NCBI GenBank assembly: GCA_964016885.1
Contig: OZ024743.1
Span: 200,508,001 to 200,572,000, forward strand
Source: Eledone cirrhosa
Taxonomy: Eukaryota
Direction: 5' to 3'
DNA length: 64,000 nucleotides
Below are positions 14,512 to 29,020 of this stretch, one piece after another. The notes beneath the pieces were generated by a model. It saw only the letters and a program-made list of their open reading frames with translations. It ran no database searches and was not told the DNA's origin. Made by a program: the position numbers and the translations under genes. The first letter of the stretch is position 1. Each line of letters starts with the position of its first letter.

Positions 14512-15390
14512 GTAACCGAAGTAAACAAACACCTGATGGGCCTTTGGGGTTGGGACATACTAACATTTTTGACACGTACTCAAGTCGATATAATCAACTT
14601 TCCATTCCCTCCGAACTGCTTGCATTGTTGAAATTAGAGACCATTATTCTATTCTATTGCACTTTATTGTATTCAAGTACCACCCTTGTCTTTCTATGCT
14701 GTATCCACTATCCACTGTCACCCTTACCATTACGGACTTTTTGAGGGTTTTTTAACGAAAAAGCAAACACATTTTTAAGCGTTTATTTTAGAAAGCAGGA
14801 AACACTTGAAATTATGCATATGTTAAAGATACAGAGAAATTGCTTCCACATATGAAGGGTGGAAGAGGGATGGCCAGGAAATAACTGTTGATATAAAGTG
14901 GTGTGATGGAGCAAAGAAAACAAGACGTTTCGGAGGAGAAGAGAGGACAAAGAAAATAAAAGTACACCGAAACGCCTTTTTTTCACAATGCTAAGCATGC
15001 TGCTGCTGCTGTTGCTGCTGCTGCTGATGATGATGTTAATGAAGAGGAGGAACGTGGGTAATGATGTTAATGAAGTGGAAGGAGAGGGGTAATGATAATT
15101 AGAAGGATGAGAACGATGATGATTATGATGTTTAATGAAGAGAAATACGATGAGTAATTATATAATTAGGAAGATGAGAAAGATGATGATAATATTAATG
15201 ATGTTACTGATGAGAATAATGATGGTGATGGTGAGGAGGAGGTGGAGAAGAAACAGAAGGGTAATGATAAAGCCGATGATGATGATGAGGATGATGATGA
15301 TGAGGATGATGTCAACTTTTTAGGGAAAATATTAATTAATGTTCTCGTTGTTATTTCTGTTTAAATGTCCTGCAACAGCACACACACACA

Positions 15391-15470
<80 letters not shown>

Positions 15471-15490
15471 CTATCTCTCACACACACACA

Positions 15491-15525
<35 letters not shown>

Positions 15526-16720
15526 TCTCACACACACACACTCAGATACATATATACATACATACATATATATATATATAAAGTGACGATAAAAATTGCA
15601 GCTTTTTGTAAACTTGATTACATATTACAATTTGTTTCCATATCGATCAGCTCGGGTTTGATCATGTGATCGGATCCCGACTCGTAAACGACACTTTTTC
15701 AGACATGAGGGTTTACATGAGTGGTCCCATCCATAACTTACATAGTGTGTATACCAGCAGTACAGTTTTACCTGAACCACCAAGACGAAATTGAGTAAAA
15801 TTGTATCACTATGCCCTGTACACTAGTTTTGTTTTAATTTAAAAAAAAAAAAATTTGTTGGATTGGATGGATAGCAGAAAATGACTTTGACAGAAATCGT
15901 GTCACTTAAAACAGTGTTGTGTTAAGAACGGAATTGATGCAGTGATACTCAAAATGGTAGCACTTGGCTCATGGGGTAGAATATTAACCAAGGGAGAATT
16001 TGGGAAGGGATTTTAGTCAGGTGGAGAATCCAAGCTGGGAAAGAATAGTGTACATTGTGTATCTATCCTATGAAATAATATATCTATGTTTACAGGAAAT
16101 CTCGAATTAAAAGTTTATTATATTATACTTGATCTATTTTGGGATTATATAAATATCGAAGTTTGAAAAGATTTCTGGTATTAATCTGGTGTTGGGGGGG
16201 GGGGGGGGGGGGAGAAAGTCTGAGATTGCAAAGGGAGGAATGTTACCTGTGTCTTAGAGAATAACTGTATTGGTGCGATCTGAAAGCGCGATATTATGAT
16301 GTCTAACGTATAAGTGGTTGTTGTTGTTGTTGTTATTGTTAATTGAGTCAGTGAGACGACGCCCAAACCTAACATGTATTTAATCTAGATGTAATATTTG
16401 TAGATTTTTTTTCAGTTTTCACTTGTTTTGTTGATTTATTCTTCTTTATTTTACAAGTTTTATTTTTTGTCCGGTGTTAAATGCAAGTATAATGTGATTC
16501 TAGTAGATTATAGTATGTATAGACTTTGAGAAGGAGGTGTGAGGTAAATCTTTTATATATCACTAGTTTGCTCTACTCGGAATTCTATTCATTGCAAAAA
16601 CCAATATGTCAACAACAAAAATATATCAGCTGTTTAAACAGGTGATATGACATAATGGTTTGCCGCGTGTTACAACTAGACATATAGGTGTGTTCGTATG
16701 TGCCTCTCTTGTGTGAGCCA

Positions 16721-16781
<61 letters not shown>

Positions 16782-16966
16782 TATATATCTGTATATACAT
16801 ATACATATACACAGCATATATGTGTGTAAATATATATATATATATACTGTATATAAACATATAGATATGTGTATGTCTGTGTGTTTTTATTTTATATACA
16901 CACACACAAACACACACATACATACACACACAGACATACACACACAGGCACACACACACACACACA

Positions 16967-17001
<35 letters not shown>

Positions 17002-17331
17002 GCGTAATAGTCACTGTAGCAATAAATTTGCTCAATTAAGACTAATTTGGGACTAAACAACAATGATAGTGACAATGACAACAATTCTCGCGTCAACGGG
17101 ATAGGTTCCTTGTTGAAACTAATCTTCTAACGTAAGGAATGAACAGCTAAAATATTAAAGCAATGGCAGGACGTATCCTGTTCAGTCCCTGGTATCAAAC
17201 ATTAACCGGTAAATGTGTTTTGTATGGGTTCTGTTATTGAGAATATATTGGAGAGTCACTAATACAACCGAAGGTTATAACTTACCAAACAACCATGCAT
17301 GTCCTACTGGAAAGATCTCCTTATGTTTTAG

Positions 17332-17404
17332 TGTTCATGGCGGGAAGCTATTAAGAATGACTGGATGTGACGTCTGCAGACCTGTCAACTCTCCTCGTCC
17401 GACG
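17332..17404 (+). CDS. Putative exon F (VHGGKLLRMTGCDVCRPVNSPRPT)
   Basis: Acceptor ctccttatgttttag|, donor ACG|gtgaga, 73 nt, phase 2 to 0. Confidence 0.6.
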
Positions 17405-19298
17405 GTGAGATCTCCTACCCATTTTGGGGTGGGTGATAGATGTCTTCTATTGTGAAAATGAGTATAGCTTTCATTATATAAAATCTCCCCATTTTGCCTC
17501 ATTTCTCCCCGTTTTAGGACACTTTTTCATGGTACTCCCCGTTTAGGTTTTTAAAGGTTGGTAGGCCTGTGTGTTGGGGCAACGGGAGCGCCAGCGGTTG
17601 TTGTTGTTGTTTACAAATCAGCCGTGATAGAGCAGACCTATGATCATAAGCATTGAAGTCATGACCAGCCTATATTTTCTCTTTGTTCAGCCATGGTGTA
17701 CTACGGACTACATTATCCAATATGTTTTTCTATGTTGTAAGTCGGTAGAATGTCGGTTAAAGAAGATTTAGCTGTTATGTGTTGTAAATAGAACAACCAC
17801 GTTGTACGTTTGTCGTTGACTCAAAGTGATAGATGTACTCATTACTGCGTCAGCTGCTGGTGTTGTAAATGGAAAATGAACCCGATTGTTGCAATAGATA
17901 CTGACAACTCTGGACATGTTCCGGCCGAGGTTAACTTTGCCTTTCATCCTTACGGGGTCGATAAAGGCTTATGTCTCGACTATTGTTCTTATGGCATTAA
18001 GAAGATGAAAAATAAACCTCCCATGATTAAATATTAATATTTCTTGGAGATCCAGTATCAATTTCTGAGAAGTAGATGAACGGATACGTGTAGAATGACG
18101 TGTAATATCTAAATAAATACACGAAAAAACATCTACCCTGGGATCGAATGCAAGATCTTCCATAGAAAAAATGAAATTGTCAGCTCACAAATTCATGTTT
18201 AGCTAGCCTCTTACGTGGTTGCATCTCATAGGAGGTATCACGGGTGTTTTAATGATAAAGGCTTCAGTTATATCGTGAAAAGCCGCATAAAAGATGTGTC
18301 TTGTTCAAGTACACAACACAACACCTGGTTCAGGAATTGAACCCCTGAGATTATGACTATGAGTTTAACACTTTACCAACATGCCCATACGCCATCATAT
18401 AGTCACTCAGCCATTTCTCTTTTACAATTTGTTTGTAATTTCAAAAAATTGACAGTTGTTCATCAAAATTTTTCAATTCTCTTCAAGGCCCAAATGTGTT
18501 CAGTTGCATATTTCACCAGAACTATCACAGTTCCTCTGTTCCTGACTTCTCTAGAATCACCACAATTATTCGCACGAAATCAACAACTGGAGAAAATTCG
18601 TTTCTTGTGAGAAATCAGGAACCAAACAACGGAAATAGAGAACAGCATTATGACGTTAACTGATGCAATTTCACTTGAGGAAATACGACTCTAGAAACAT
18701 AACAGAAATGTGTTATAATTTCGCAAGTAATTCCGATCAAAATGATATGATTTTCTCTTGAACAAATGTGAATTTTATTGACAATCACGTGTCATTGATT
18801 TGTTGAGATTTAAATCAAGAAAAAAGATAGAGAATATAAAGAATAGAAAAAAAATTGAAATTAAAAAAATGCAAATAAAACAAAGCAGGGTTGTTAGGTT
18901 GTGAAGTTTTGAATAATTTCTATAGAGGTGGAATGAATGGGTTTTAGAATGAATGAGTTAATGGCGAAAATGGGTATTTTAATGGTGTTAATTATTATAA
19001 TTTATGCAAGGTTTCATTTAATTATTTAACCTGAACCATTAGAAACGCTTGGTGAAGTGAAGTGAATCGAATCGAATTCGATTTTCGACCGAATAAATTC
19101 GACTTGAGTGTTTACAGGTCGGTTGACCTTCAGGCTAGCAAGTTGTTGGTGACGGGTTCAATCTAACAGTATGGTACTTAAATTTAATCACTTTGACCCG
19201 CTAGGTATTACAATAACATGGATTGGCACGCATGCATACACACATACATACATGCACAAACACACACACACATACCCACAAAGACACTCACACACGCA

Positions 19299-19367
<69 letters not shown>

Positions 19368-19501
19368 TTAAGCAGATAAAATAAAATTCTTCGATTTCTT
19401 CGCACACCATGAAGATCCCTAGGTTTTGTTGTTCATATTTTTCTTTATAATTAGTTACTCTGAAGAAAAACAGTGCTTATTACGTTTGCATTCTTTTCCA
19501 G

Positions 19502-19549
19502 ACTGGAAAAGGTGACACAGTTCGTGTCCGCTGGTCGATAATTTTAGGG
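19502..19549 (+). CDS. Putative exon G (TGKGDTVRVRWSIILG)
   Basis: Strong acceptor tttgcattcttttccag|. Only phase 0 is open. Donor GGG|gtgggc is uncertain. Confidence 0.45.
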
Positions 19550-21748
19550 GTGGGCGTGGACTGGGAAGGAATTGGAGAGAGATAGAATTCTGAACTAGGG
19601 AATAGAAACTTCTAAAATGATTGAAGATTAATAAGGGGACATAGCAGAGATGATGATAATAATAGTAATTGTTTCTACCTTTGACACAAAACCAGGGATT
19701 GATAATGCGACAACGATGTTGTCGATTGGATTGACTCCATTTTAAACCACGTATTTATTTTTCGACACCCGATTGAGAAACGACAACTCCACCAAGATTT
19801 CAATTCAGAATGCTTTGGGATGAAACCGGATATTTTTATGCATTTAATTCGGTGCTCACCAGTTTTGTCTTTCTCTTTCCAGCATATTTTTGCTTGTTAA
19901 TAAACATAAAATAAGGACATCTGCCATTAACATAAATGAGGGGGGGGGGCAGTAGTTTAGATCGATACTAATCCAATATTGATACTTTATTTTATCTACT
20001 CCAAAAAGATAAAAGGTCAAGACGATCTTAATACGATTCGAACTCAGAACATAAAGAATTATCCCTAAATATCGCAAAGCTTATACCCTAAGACTCTACC
20101 GATCCTGTTATATACGTACCCATTTAATCCATCATCCTTCAACCGACTCAACATGATCGCAGGCGTAGCCGCATGGCTAAGAAATTTGCTTTTCAACTAC
20201 GTGCCTTCGTGTCCGATCCAACTGTACGGCAGTTTGGCCAAACATTTTTATCATAGCATCAGGTGGAACAAAGTCTTTTGAAGCAAATTTGGTTGGAATA
20301 AACTATGTGAATCCCATCGTAGAGATTGTTCTTTCCTCGGGTGGTAGACTTAATCTACTGAACATTTCAGCAGCACCACCTGGCCCGTAAGAACCTTTAA
20401 CATTCCTTTCAGTCACAAGAATTTGGACTAGATCTTCTGTCTGAGGATACATTTCTTCCTTTATTCCTATCGTCTAGTCTTAAAGACCTTGAAAATGTTC
20501 ATGGAGGCTTTCCTTTTTGGGGGGAAGTCATTAAATAAAAGGGCTATTGGTGATACCTTTGATCTTCCGACCAAACCACAACAGTGTCAGAACTCTGCTA
20601 CAGTATCCAGTCGGTGGATTTTTCTAACATCCCATAATTCTTTGGTAACAAAATCATATAACTTAATGAAGTTGGATATTTTAAATGTTAATTTCTGTTA
20701 TTTGAACTGACAATATACAGGGAGAGAACTGAGGATCTCGTTAGTTCTTTGTGTTGAGTTAAATTAATAGTTCGTGGTTAGCACCAACAAAATTGCTCTG
20801 TGAAGCATGAGGCTTTGCTAATTATTACAGAAAAACAGCAGCAAAAATGGCAAATGCATTTCAACGCTATTTTCTGAGTGAAATTATATCCCATTTTTTA
20901 TTGTCTCATGTTAGCTACCGCACTTCATTTATCCCATTGAGTTCATGCCTAGTTCTAAAAATTTAGTGGACACACATATACACCAATGCAATATACATAG
21001 ACAGGCAAATACACGTATACACCTACACAACACACAGATGCATATACATACATATACAAGAGATTACACATGGAAGCATGCGTACATGCACATACACGCA
21101 CAGACATCACACTAATACACTAAGAGACATTTACGGAAATACATGCGCACGTGGCCCATTCACAAATTGATATGAATGAAAAAATACACACATGCACATA
21201 CACACGCGTGTGGTAGAGCGTCGGACAAAATGTTTAGTGCTATTTAATTACGACTTTCTAAGACCCTAGTTTTAAAATCCTGCTGAGGTCAGCTTTGCTT
21301 TTCATCCTTCTGGGGTTGATAACATAAAGTAGCAGTCACTTGCTGACCTTCTGCCTTAACAGGAAATCATTATTAACTACATCTAAATCAATAAAGATAA
21401 ACAGAAACTGAGTGTATAACAGTTCTCTTATAACATATGAGAAGATTAATGTGAAATTATTTATACAATCATAATTTCACAATTGGTGCAAGTTATATAT
21501 TAATTATATAGTAATTAAAGACGTTAGTCAGAGGAGGGGAAAGCGTTGGGGTGCACGTGTGCGTGTATGTGTATGTGTGTGTGTGTATGTGTGTGTGTGT
21601 GGGTGGGTGTTGGTGTGGGTGTCTGTGTCTGTGTGTCTGTGTGTGTAGGTGCAAGCATGGAGGGCTGTTCTTTAAAAAATACTACGCCATTAATGAATTA
21701 AATAATGCACTCACAAACACACGTGTTTGTATATTAATGTTTGTATTT

Positions 21749-21841
<93 letters not shown>

Positions 21842-22349
21842 ATATATATATATGCATATATATATATCGTTATCCGCGTGTGAATTGTAATTACGGGAGA
21901 GTAAGCCCTCGATATGTAAACACTGAGGAACTACATATTACTTAAAATACATGCCAAGTAAACATATTTTTTCTTCGTTACACAGTTTCATGATGGTACC
22001 TAATTAATCGCAGCAGATTAATTTCGTGTGCACCATCAATCTTCAGCCATTGTGGATAAAAAGTATATACTCCTCGGATTTGTTTACTTCCGGTGCTGAA
22101 TCACTTTGAAACATATTTTTTGATCAACTTTATTTCTGATCTAAGTGGGAGATCTTTTTTTTTTTTTTTTTCAAATGCATTTGCTTTTTGTTTCATTTAG
22201 CACTTAGATGTGAAGGGGAATTCTTAAACCTTCAGCTTCTTAGGCCCAAAAATCACTATGGAGGTTAACCGCTGTAAATTTCCTAGATGTCAACTTAGAC
22301 ATAAAAGAATAAGGAATAAAAACCTTATAGAAAACCGAATGACAGGTTG

Positions 22350-23060
22350 TCTGATGTAAACCTCCACCCAAAAGTTTTAATAATTCTAGTGAAAGATATA
22401 AGTAGAATTTCTACCATCTCATGTAGCAGAGATATATTTTACAAAAGCAGCCACTCTATGAAACCATGCCCTAGAAGCAAGTGGTTTTAAGGTAAGGATA
22501 AACTTCATTGCGACCAACTAGAAATAAAATCCGAAATACTATCTGGTTTACACCACACACCCCGCTGAATGTCAAAACCAACATCGGCAAAACATTCCTA
22601 ACGTTAATAGACAAACACTTCCCCCACTAACTATATATGTAGGAAGCTATTTAACAGACATACGTATCCTTACGAACAGATTTAGCTCCATGTCCAACTT
22701 CAAAAGTATAGAAAACCAACAAATCTTCACTACTTATTTCAGCTGAGATATGAACCGAAATACATGCCTATTAAATAGGCCTCGTGAAACAGAGGCTATA
22801 ATCTATTAGGCAACAGTCATTGCAAGAAACTCCGTCTGCAAGCCCGTATTTAAGTAATATGACGGTCTCCCTGAACGGCAGTTCAAAGTAAAGAGCACTG
22901 TAATAAACCTATGGTGTCGTTCCATGGCGGGAGAAAGGGAACACAACAAACCTCTCCAGTTACGTCTGGACGTTTGCTAAAACATACAGTCCTTATATTT
23001 ATTAGCAGAATCAGGAAATGTGGGCTCTGCAGCACTGAAAGGTGACTAATATTGAAAAAC
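22350..23060 (+). pseudogene. Highly decayed Hydra-like PLE thumb/linker/GIY-YIG fragment
   Basis: Translates with frameshifts to RISTISCSRDIF, ALEASGF, RNTIWF...NVKTNIGKTFLTLIDKHFP, IIY*ATV, YDGLPERQFKVR and NLSSYVW. Homologous to 26350-26949. Confidence 0.75.
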
Positions 23061-23297
23061 TAATTAGATCCTTACCCCTGTCTTAATGCCAAACGTGAAC
23101 TATGGAAAACTTAACTGTACAAAGAATTTCATCCATTCTTTTGATCTTCAAGTATCCAGACGCCCATGTCACAACAAGAGTGTCTCATCCTGCACCTACG
23201 GGATAGCTGTTACAACACCGACGCCCGCTAAGCAGCCAAGAAAATCGATTGAACATCAGACAAAATACAAATGCATGCAGCATAAAAATTCCCACCA

Positions 23298-23337
<40 letters not shown>

Positions 23338-23620
23338 GAGTTTCCTCCCCTAGATCGTCAGAAAAAAAAACTTTAGAGAACCGATATAAACAAATTTATC
23401 AGCGGAAGTACACAAAGCTTTGAAATCCATATATATTGTTACAGAAAGGCTGAGGATTGATGGTGCACGTGAGATTAATTTGGTACGATTAATTAAAAAC
23501 CATAATGAAATTCTGAGTAAAGATGACACGTTCAGTGTCACGTTCAGTTGTCATGTAATTTATATATAAAAGTAGTTTCCCAACAGTTAGTTCACCATAC
23601 CGAGAACAAAATATAAAAAA

Positions 23621-23651
<31 letters not shown>

Positions 23652-23919
23652 CGTGTGCGCGCGCGTTCGTATGTATGTATAAATGGGTGAGTGTGTTTTT
23701 TATTGTTGGAAGCATTCTTTTACAGAAATGTGTACTAAATTTTTTTAATTGTTATTTTATATATGAAACCAAACAGAAAAACAAAGCAAAACACACAGAA
23801 ATACACACACACACATACGCACACAAATATATTTTTCTTTTCGCCCACCATCGTTTCTGTATGGTTCTGATTTTTCTCTCTCTTTATATACTTACATATA
23901 TATATATTCTCTCCGTCCT

Positions 23920-23950
<31 letters not shown>

Positions 23951-23959
23951 GTCTCTCTG

Positions 23960-23990
<31 letters not shown>

Positions 23991-24777
23991 AAACACACAC
24001 ACACACACACCCTCTCCCCCCTCTCTCTCTTACTCTTTCATTCTCTGTCGGATGTCATTGTTTCTGAGTGATTTAATGTCAAGAACAAAGCTGGATTGTT
24101 CGCTGAAGCTAAACGTTTCATTTTAACGGAAGCCAGAATGGAGTTTCTTTCAATTATTCTCATTCTTTTTATTTCCTATGTCTGACCCCAACCCTCCAAG
24201 GAAGAAAAAAATAAAGCAAATTAACAAATAGCTCCTCACACCTCGCCCCAAACAAACGAAAGCTTAAATAGAAAACAAAAGTTAATAAAATGAAAATGAA
24301 TAACATTTATAACAAAAGCAACAATGATAAAAATAATCGTTTCTAATTTAGAATTTAGCACAATACTAGCAATTTGAAGAGATGATAAAGCCAGATAAAG
24401 CTACGCCGGGATTTAACTTGTAGTTTATTTCTTCAACCCTAGAAACATGAAAGGAAAATTTGACTAAGTAAAAGAAAAATTATTAAAGCACAATGCGTTA
24501 CAAGGAACAGATGTGTCTATTGATGAGCAAGAAATAACAGCGAAATCCAATTCAAATCACACACGTATGCATATATAGGCATAAAGACAGTAACAGGGAA
24601 CAAGCCAACTTCTATTTTAGTTGCTACGACCACCAAACCACTAAAGTGGAGAGAGAGAGAAAGAGACAGCCGAAAATGTGACCTTTTAAATATATGTAAA
24701 CTATGTTCTCTAATACCCTCTTCTAATTAACATATACCTTCATTTTATTATATACTTTTTATCATATTTCCTGTAGC

Positions 24778-24817
24778 ATGAAGAAGCCTAAATAATTATC
24801 GACTGAAACCGGTACGA
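24778..24817 (+). ncRNA. Degenerate HHR remnant
   Basis: aUGAAGA-agcc..gacu-GAAAC-CG-GUA. C3 and stem I are disrupted. Confidence 0.35.
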
Positions 24818-24942
24818 TAAATTACTTAAAAAAAAACGTTTTACTGTTATTCAATGAGAAGGTTTTTCTCCTTTTTTCTTATTTTCCTAATATATATCAA
24901 TTCGTGTGTCACTTCTCAACATTCTCTCTGTATATATATATA

Positions 24943-24985
<43 letters not shown>

Positions 24986-24990
24986 ATATA

Positions 24991-25035
<45 letters not shown>

Positions 25036-25142
25036 ATAATAATACATTTGAAGACTAAAATCCAAAGAGGGCTCGATAAGGATAAATATATATCAAATAT
25101 ATAAGAACCGTAGAGCAAATATTTATTAAAATAACAGATTAA

Positions 25143-25193
25143 AGTTTAAGCAAAGAATCGCTACTTTCACCCTTAACGGGATCTTCTGAAACT
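25143..25193 (-). ncRNA. HHR of the PLE 3' end with a CAGAAGA core variant
   Basis: AGUUU-CAGAAGA-uCCCguuaaGGGu-GAAAGUA..UGCUU^AAACU. Confidence 0.65.
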
Positions 25194-26132
25194 AACAAAG
25201 TCAATCTCTAAACGCAGAAGTGGATATTTCAAAAAACGTTGCAACCGGAGGAAGACAGGAAGACGATACTTTGGTTCGTGGAAACGTTCGCTGGCAAAGA
25301 ACGGGAAAAAACGAATATAATACGTCATTAATAGGAGCTGTGAAAAACAATTACGCGCAAAGACAGAACCACGTTTATGGTATAAAAGAAGTCGTAGACT
25401 AATGTTCTCTTAGGTGGTTCATAGAGACGTTCTCTGGCAATGAACGAAAAAAACGAAGATAATACGTCATATGTGGAGCGGGAAGAACAATAGCACGCAA
25501 AGACAAAACCACGTAAATGGTAAGCAGAAGTCGTAGACTAAAATACTAACTAGGAGACCAAATGAATCTCCGCTACAGAGTTAAGAACAAAGTAAATAAA
25601 TACAATACGGAAGTAATAGAAATAAATAAATACATACACGCAAACAAATACGTACATACACAAGCATACGCAAAACAGTTACCATAGGTATACAAAACCA
25701 CGCACATATAAATATGTGTGTGTGTGTATGCGTGTATACAAATAAATAATTAAATAAACGTATATAAATAAATAAATACGTATATAACAAGCGCACGCAC
25801 ATACCTACATGTAAATACACGAATGTTCGGAGACGTAAGTCGACCAAAACATGAAGTACACATATACACACACCCTACATACGTACGAACCAGTATACTC
25901 ACACAGACGCAAAACTCCCGTATACACAAAGCCAAACCATATGTACCAGAATATATAAAATTATACGCCATAATATAAACAATCAAATATACGTACCGGA
26001 AGGTATACGTACCTTCACAAAACATACGGGTAATATATACTTACCTATGCAAATAAGTAATGGTATAAACAAAACATATACTTAGCTCCCACATCAAGAC
26101 GTAAAATATCCACGTATAGATCGTACTATCCG

Positions 26133-28267
26133 TTAGGGTATAACGTGGGGCTGTAATACAGGAAAGTTTTGTGCAATTTATGTTTACAAGCCGAAATTGC
26201 CTCAGATGTTTTGTTTAAGATGTGGTCTGTGGCGTAGAGTATTTCCAGGGCCTCAACGGCGCAGAGGTCACATGGTCTTTTATTTCCGTTATACGATCTA
26301 GACCTAGCTAGGATCTCCCAGTGTAACTTATATTGGGTGTGATTGTCTTTTAGACTCCAGATAAAGCTGAAAATGACGTCATATTCCTTCTTAGAGGGTA
26401 ACGAAAAGAATGGGCATGCATGTAAAGACGCTGCTTGAATCTATTGGCGGTTAACCCTATGTAGGCCCTACGGGACGTGGGTGTTACAACCTTACATTTG
26501 TAGACAATGTTACTAGAGAGGCATTTCCCGGATAGGGGGCAATCAACCCGATTCCTACAATTACAGTTAGTACTAACTACAGGGTTGCACGTGTTCATAA
26601 GGCTAGGTAGGTTAGCTAAATTTGAAGCTGTGATGTTATGTGCAAGGTTAGGAGTCGTAGAGTAAGAAATTTTAATAGTATTTCTATTAAAAATTTTACT
26701 ATATTTATGTGTAGGGGGAAAATGCTTCGTAATAAGGGAAAGAAAGATCTTAGCTAATGGTGTGGCCACCTCCATATTATATGGTGGGTTATACCAACAA
26801 ATGCGACGGGATCTATTTCTTCTAGGTCTATTTTCGTACTCTGTATATGCTACCTTATCGACAAATCCACTTCGAGCAATAGCTTCATTGTAATAAGTGG
26901 AATGGTCGTTGAAAATACGCTCGTTGGTGGAAAGACGGGAAAGCCTCAACGAAACGTTTCTTACCAGGTTCTTGGTTATGCTGGCAGGATGGTTGGAATG
27001 CTTACTTATGTAATTAAGCGTATCATTCGGCTTTCTATACGGCTAATACAACCCATTCAATAAATTGAGGGTAACGTCGAGGTAATTAACGACCCAGAGA
27101 TTGGCCTCAACCTGTATAGAGAGGTTGAAGCCTTTAAAGAAGGCTGTGAGTTCTTTTCTGAACCTCTCGCAAGCACTTAGTCATGGTCAAAAGACCATCG
27201 TCACGGTACAAACCACCGCCCGCGTTGGGGAATTCATCCTTGATAGAGAAAAGAAGGAAAAGGCCGATAATATCAGTAACCTCCGCAGAATCACTGGCGC
27301 CCATGCTCACGTCCAATGGGGTACTATTGGATTTTTTAATCCAAATAGAGACGTCGAAATTAATCACCGACTTTCGGGCATTGAGGATGACATCAACTTC
27401 GAAATCCTTAACCACTGTGAGTGTTTTAGCGAAATTGATAGCTCTAAGGAGAAGTGGTAAAGTGATGGAGGAGTAGTAATTGTTGATGTCGAATTGGATA
27501 AAACGGCAATGTTCCTTGTTACATATGCCGTTGAACCAATCAATCACCGCGAAAGAATTGTTCCACAGTGCAAGAGGGGCCAAACTTCTAATTTCAGGTA
27601 TAATTCTATCAAGAATCGTTTTACTAAGTCTGCCTAAATCGGACTTCGTAGGGTTAATAAGCCGAATAGAGGGGTTGTTCGGAAAATTGGATTTGTGATC
27701 CTTCAGGGTAAAGTGGGGAGAAATAGGGTCCAGAGGTTCGGTCCGGTCCAGGATGTTGAGATCAGATGTGATTTTAAACCCAGCATCGTTGATTTCATTG
27801 ATGACGCACCGATTAGTTTTACGGTAATCCTTAGTTACAGCATTATGTAGTAGTTGATGGTAAGTACTGCGCTCCACTTGATATAGGTTGCCAGTTTTGT
27901 CGGAATGGACGTGCACGGCATTAGAATCTTTAATAGAACGAATTCTATTCTTCAGGTCCTGCTGGAAGGAATTGCTCCTATTCCGAAATTTGATACTCCG
28001 AATGAGTTCCAAGACATCATTTTCGAAGGGTAGCAATGCTGGGTTACACGGGGGGTTATTATAGGTTTTAAATCCAAATTTATCCTGTTTGTTGTCTGCT
28101 TTTCGCGGATTATCGAAATAAAAGGCACGCCAACGCAACCTTTTAATGAACGCGTCTGTTTTCTGTATCAGGAGTTTTAGGTATGTTTTCCTGCTTGGTA
28201 CGGGTATGTTTTTTCTGCATGATGAATATAAGTCAGTAGAGTGCTCAATAATAATATATACACACAT
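26133..28267 (-). pseudogene. PLE reverse transcriptase + GIY-YIG endonuclease ORF with 2 frameshifts (~27170, ~26370) and 1 stop (~27045)
   Basis: KNIPVPS..RLRWRA, SDKTGNLY, RLINP, FIQFDINNYY, DVSMGASDSAE, GLYRDDGL, NYLDVTLNL, SNHP, CNCRNRVDCPLSGKC, NIVYKC..AYIGLT, WEIL..CDLC. Confidence 0.92.
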
Positions 28268-28562
28268 ACCCTCTTAGTTTCGTACGGATATTCTATAACA
28301 CACACTCACACACTCTGAAGTATCCACACGCTGGTTCGTACTGCTCTATATACAAAACATTTTTTTCCTTTCAGATAGATGCGCTCCATCACCAAATGTT
28401 CAAAACTCCTATACCCTATACAAAACAACAGAATGAGATGGCAACATGAATCGATGTATTGTTTCTCTCTAAATATATATGGGGTAACAAATAATAGTTA
28501 TATGCAGTCCAACCTTTTTTGTATAGCAAACCGTGTCACTCTTCTTTCCTGATTTATATATA

Positions 28563-29020
<458 letters not shown>

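Larger units (their letters stand above)
25031..28490 (-). mobile_element. Near-full-length Penelope-like element, Hydra-clade-like, inserted in (TA)n
   Basis: RT-EN ORF remnant at 28267-26133, a ~1.1-kb 3' UTR with two ~140-bp-spaced repeats (25281-25540), and a terminal HHR. Confidence 0.9.

Noticed and set aside
15651-15794. 47-codon open stretch after an AG (LGFDHVIGSRLVNDTF..RRN*)
   Set aside because: Phase 0 does not fit the phase-2 end of exon E and there is no good donor. It could be an alternative last exon but is unsupported.
18555-18606. Exon-like segment with a strong acceptor and gtgaga donor
   Set aside because: It breaks the phase chain between exons F and G and lies inside a small inverted repeat.
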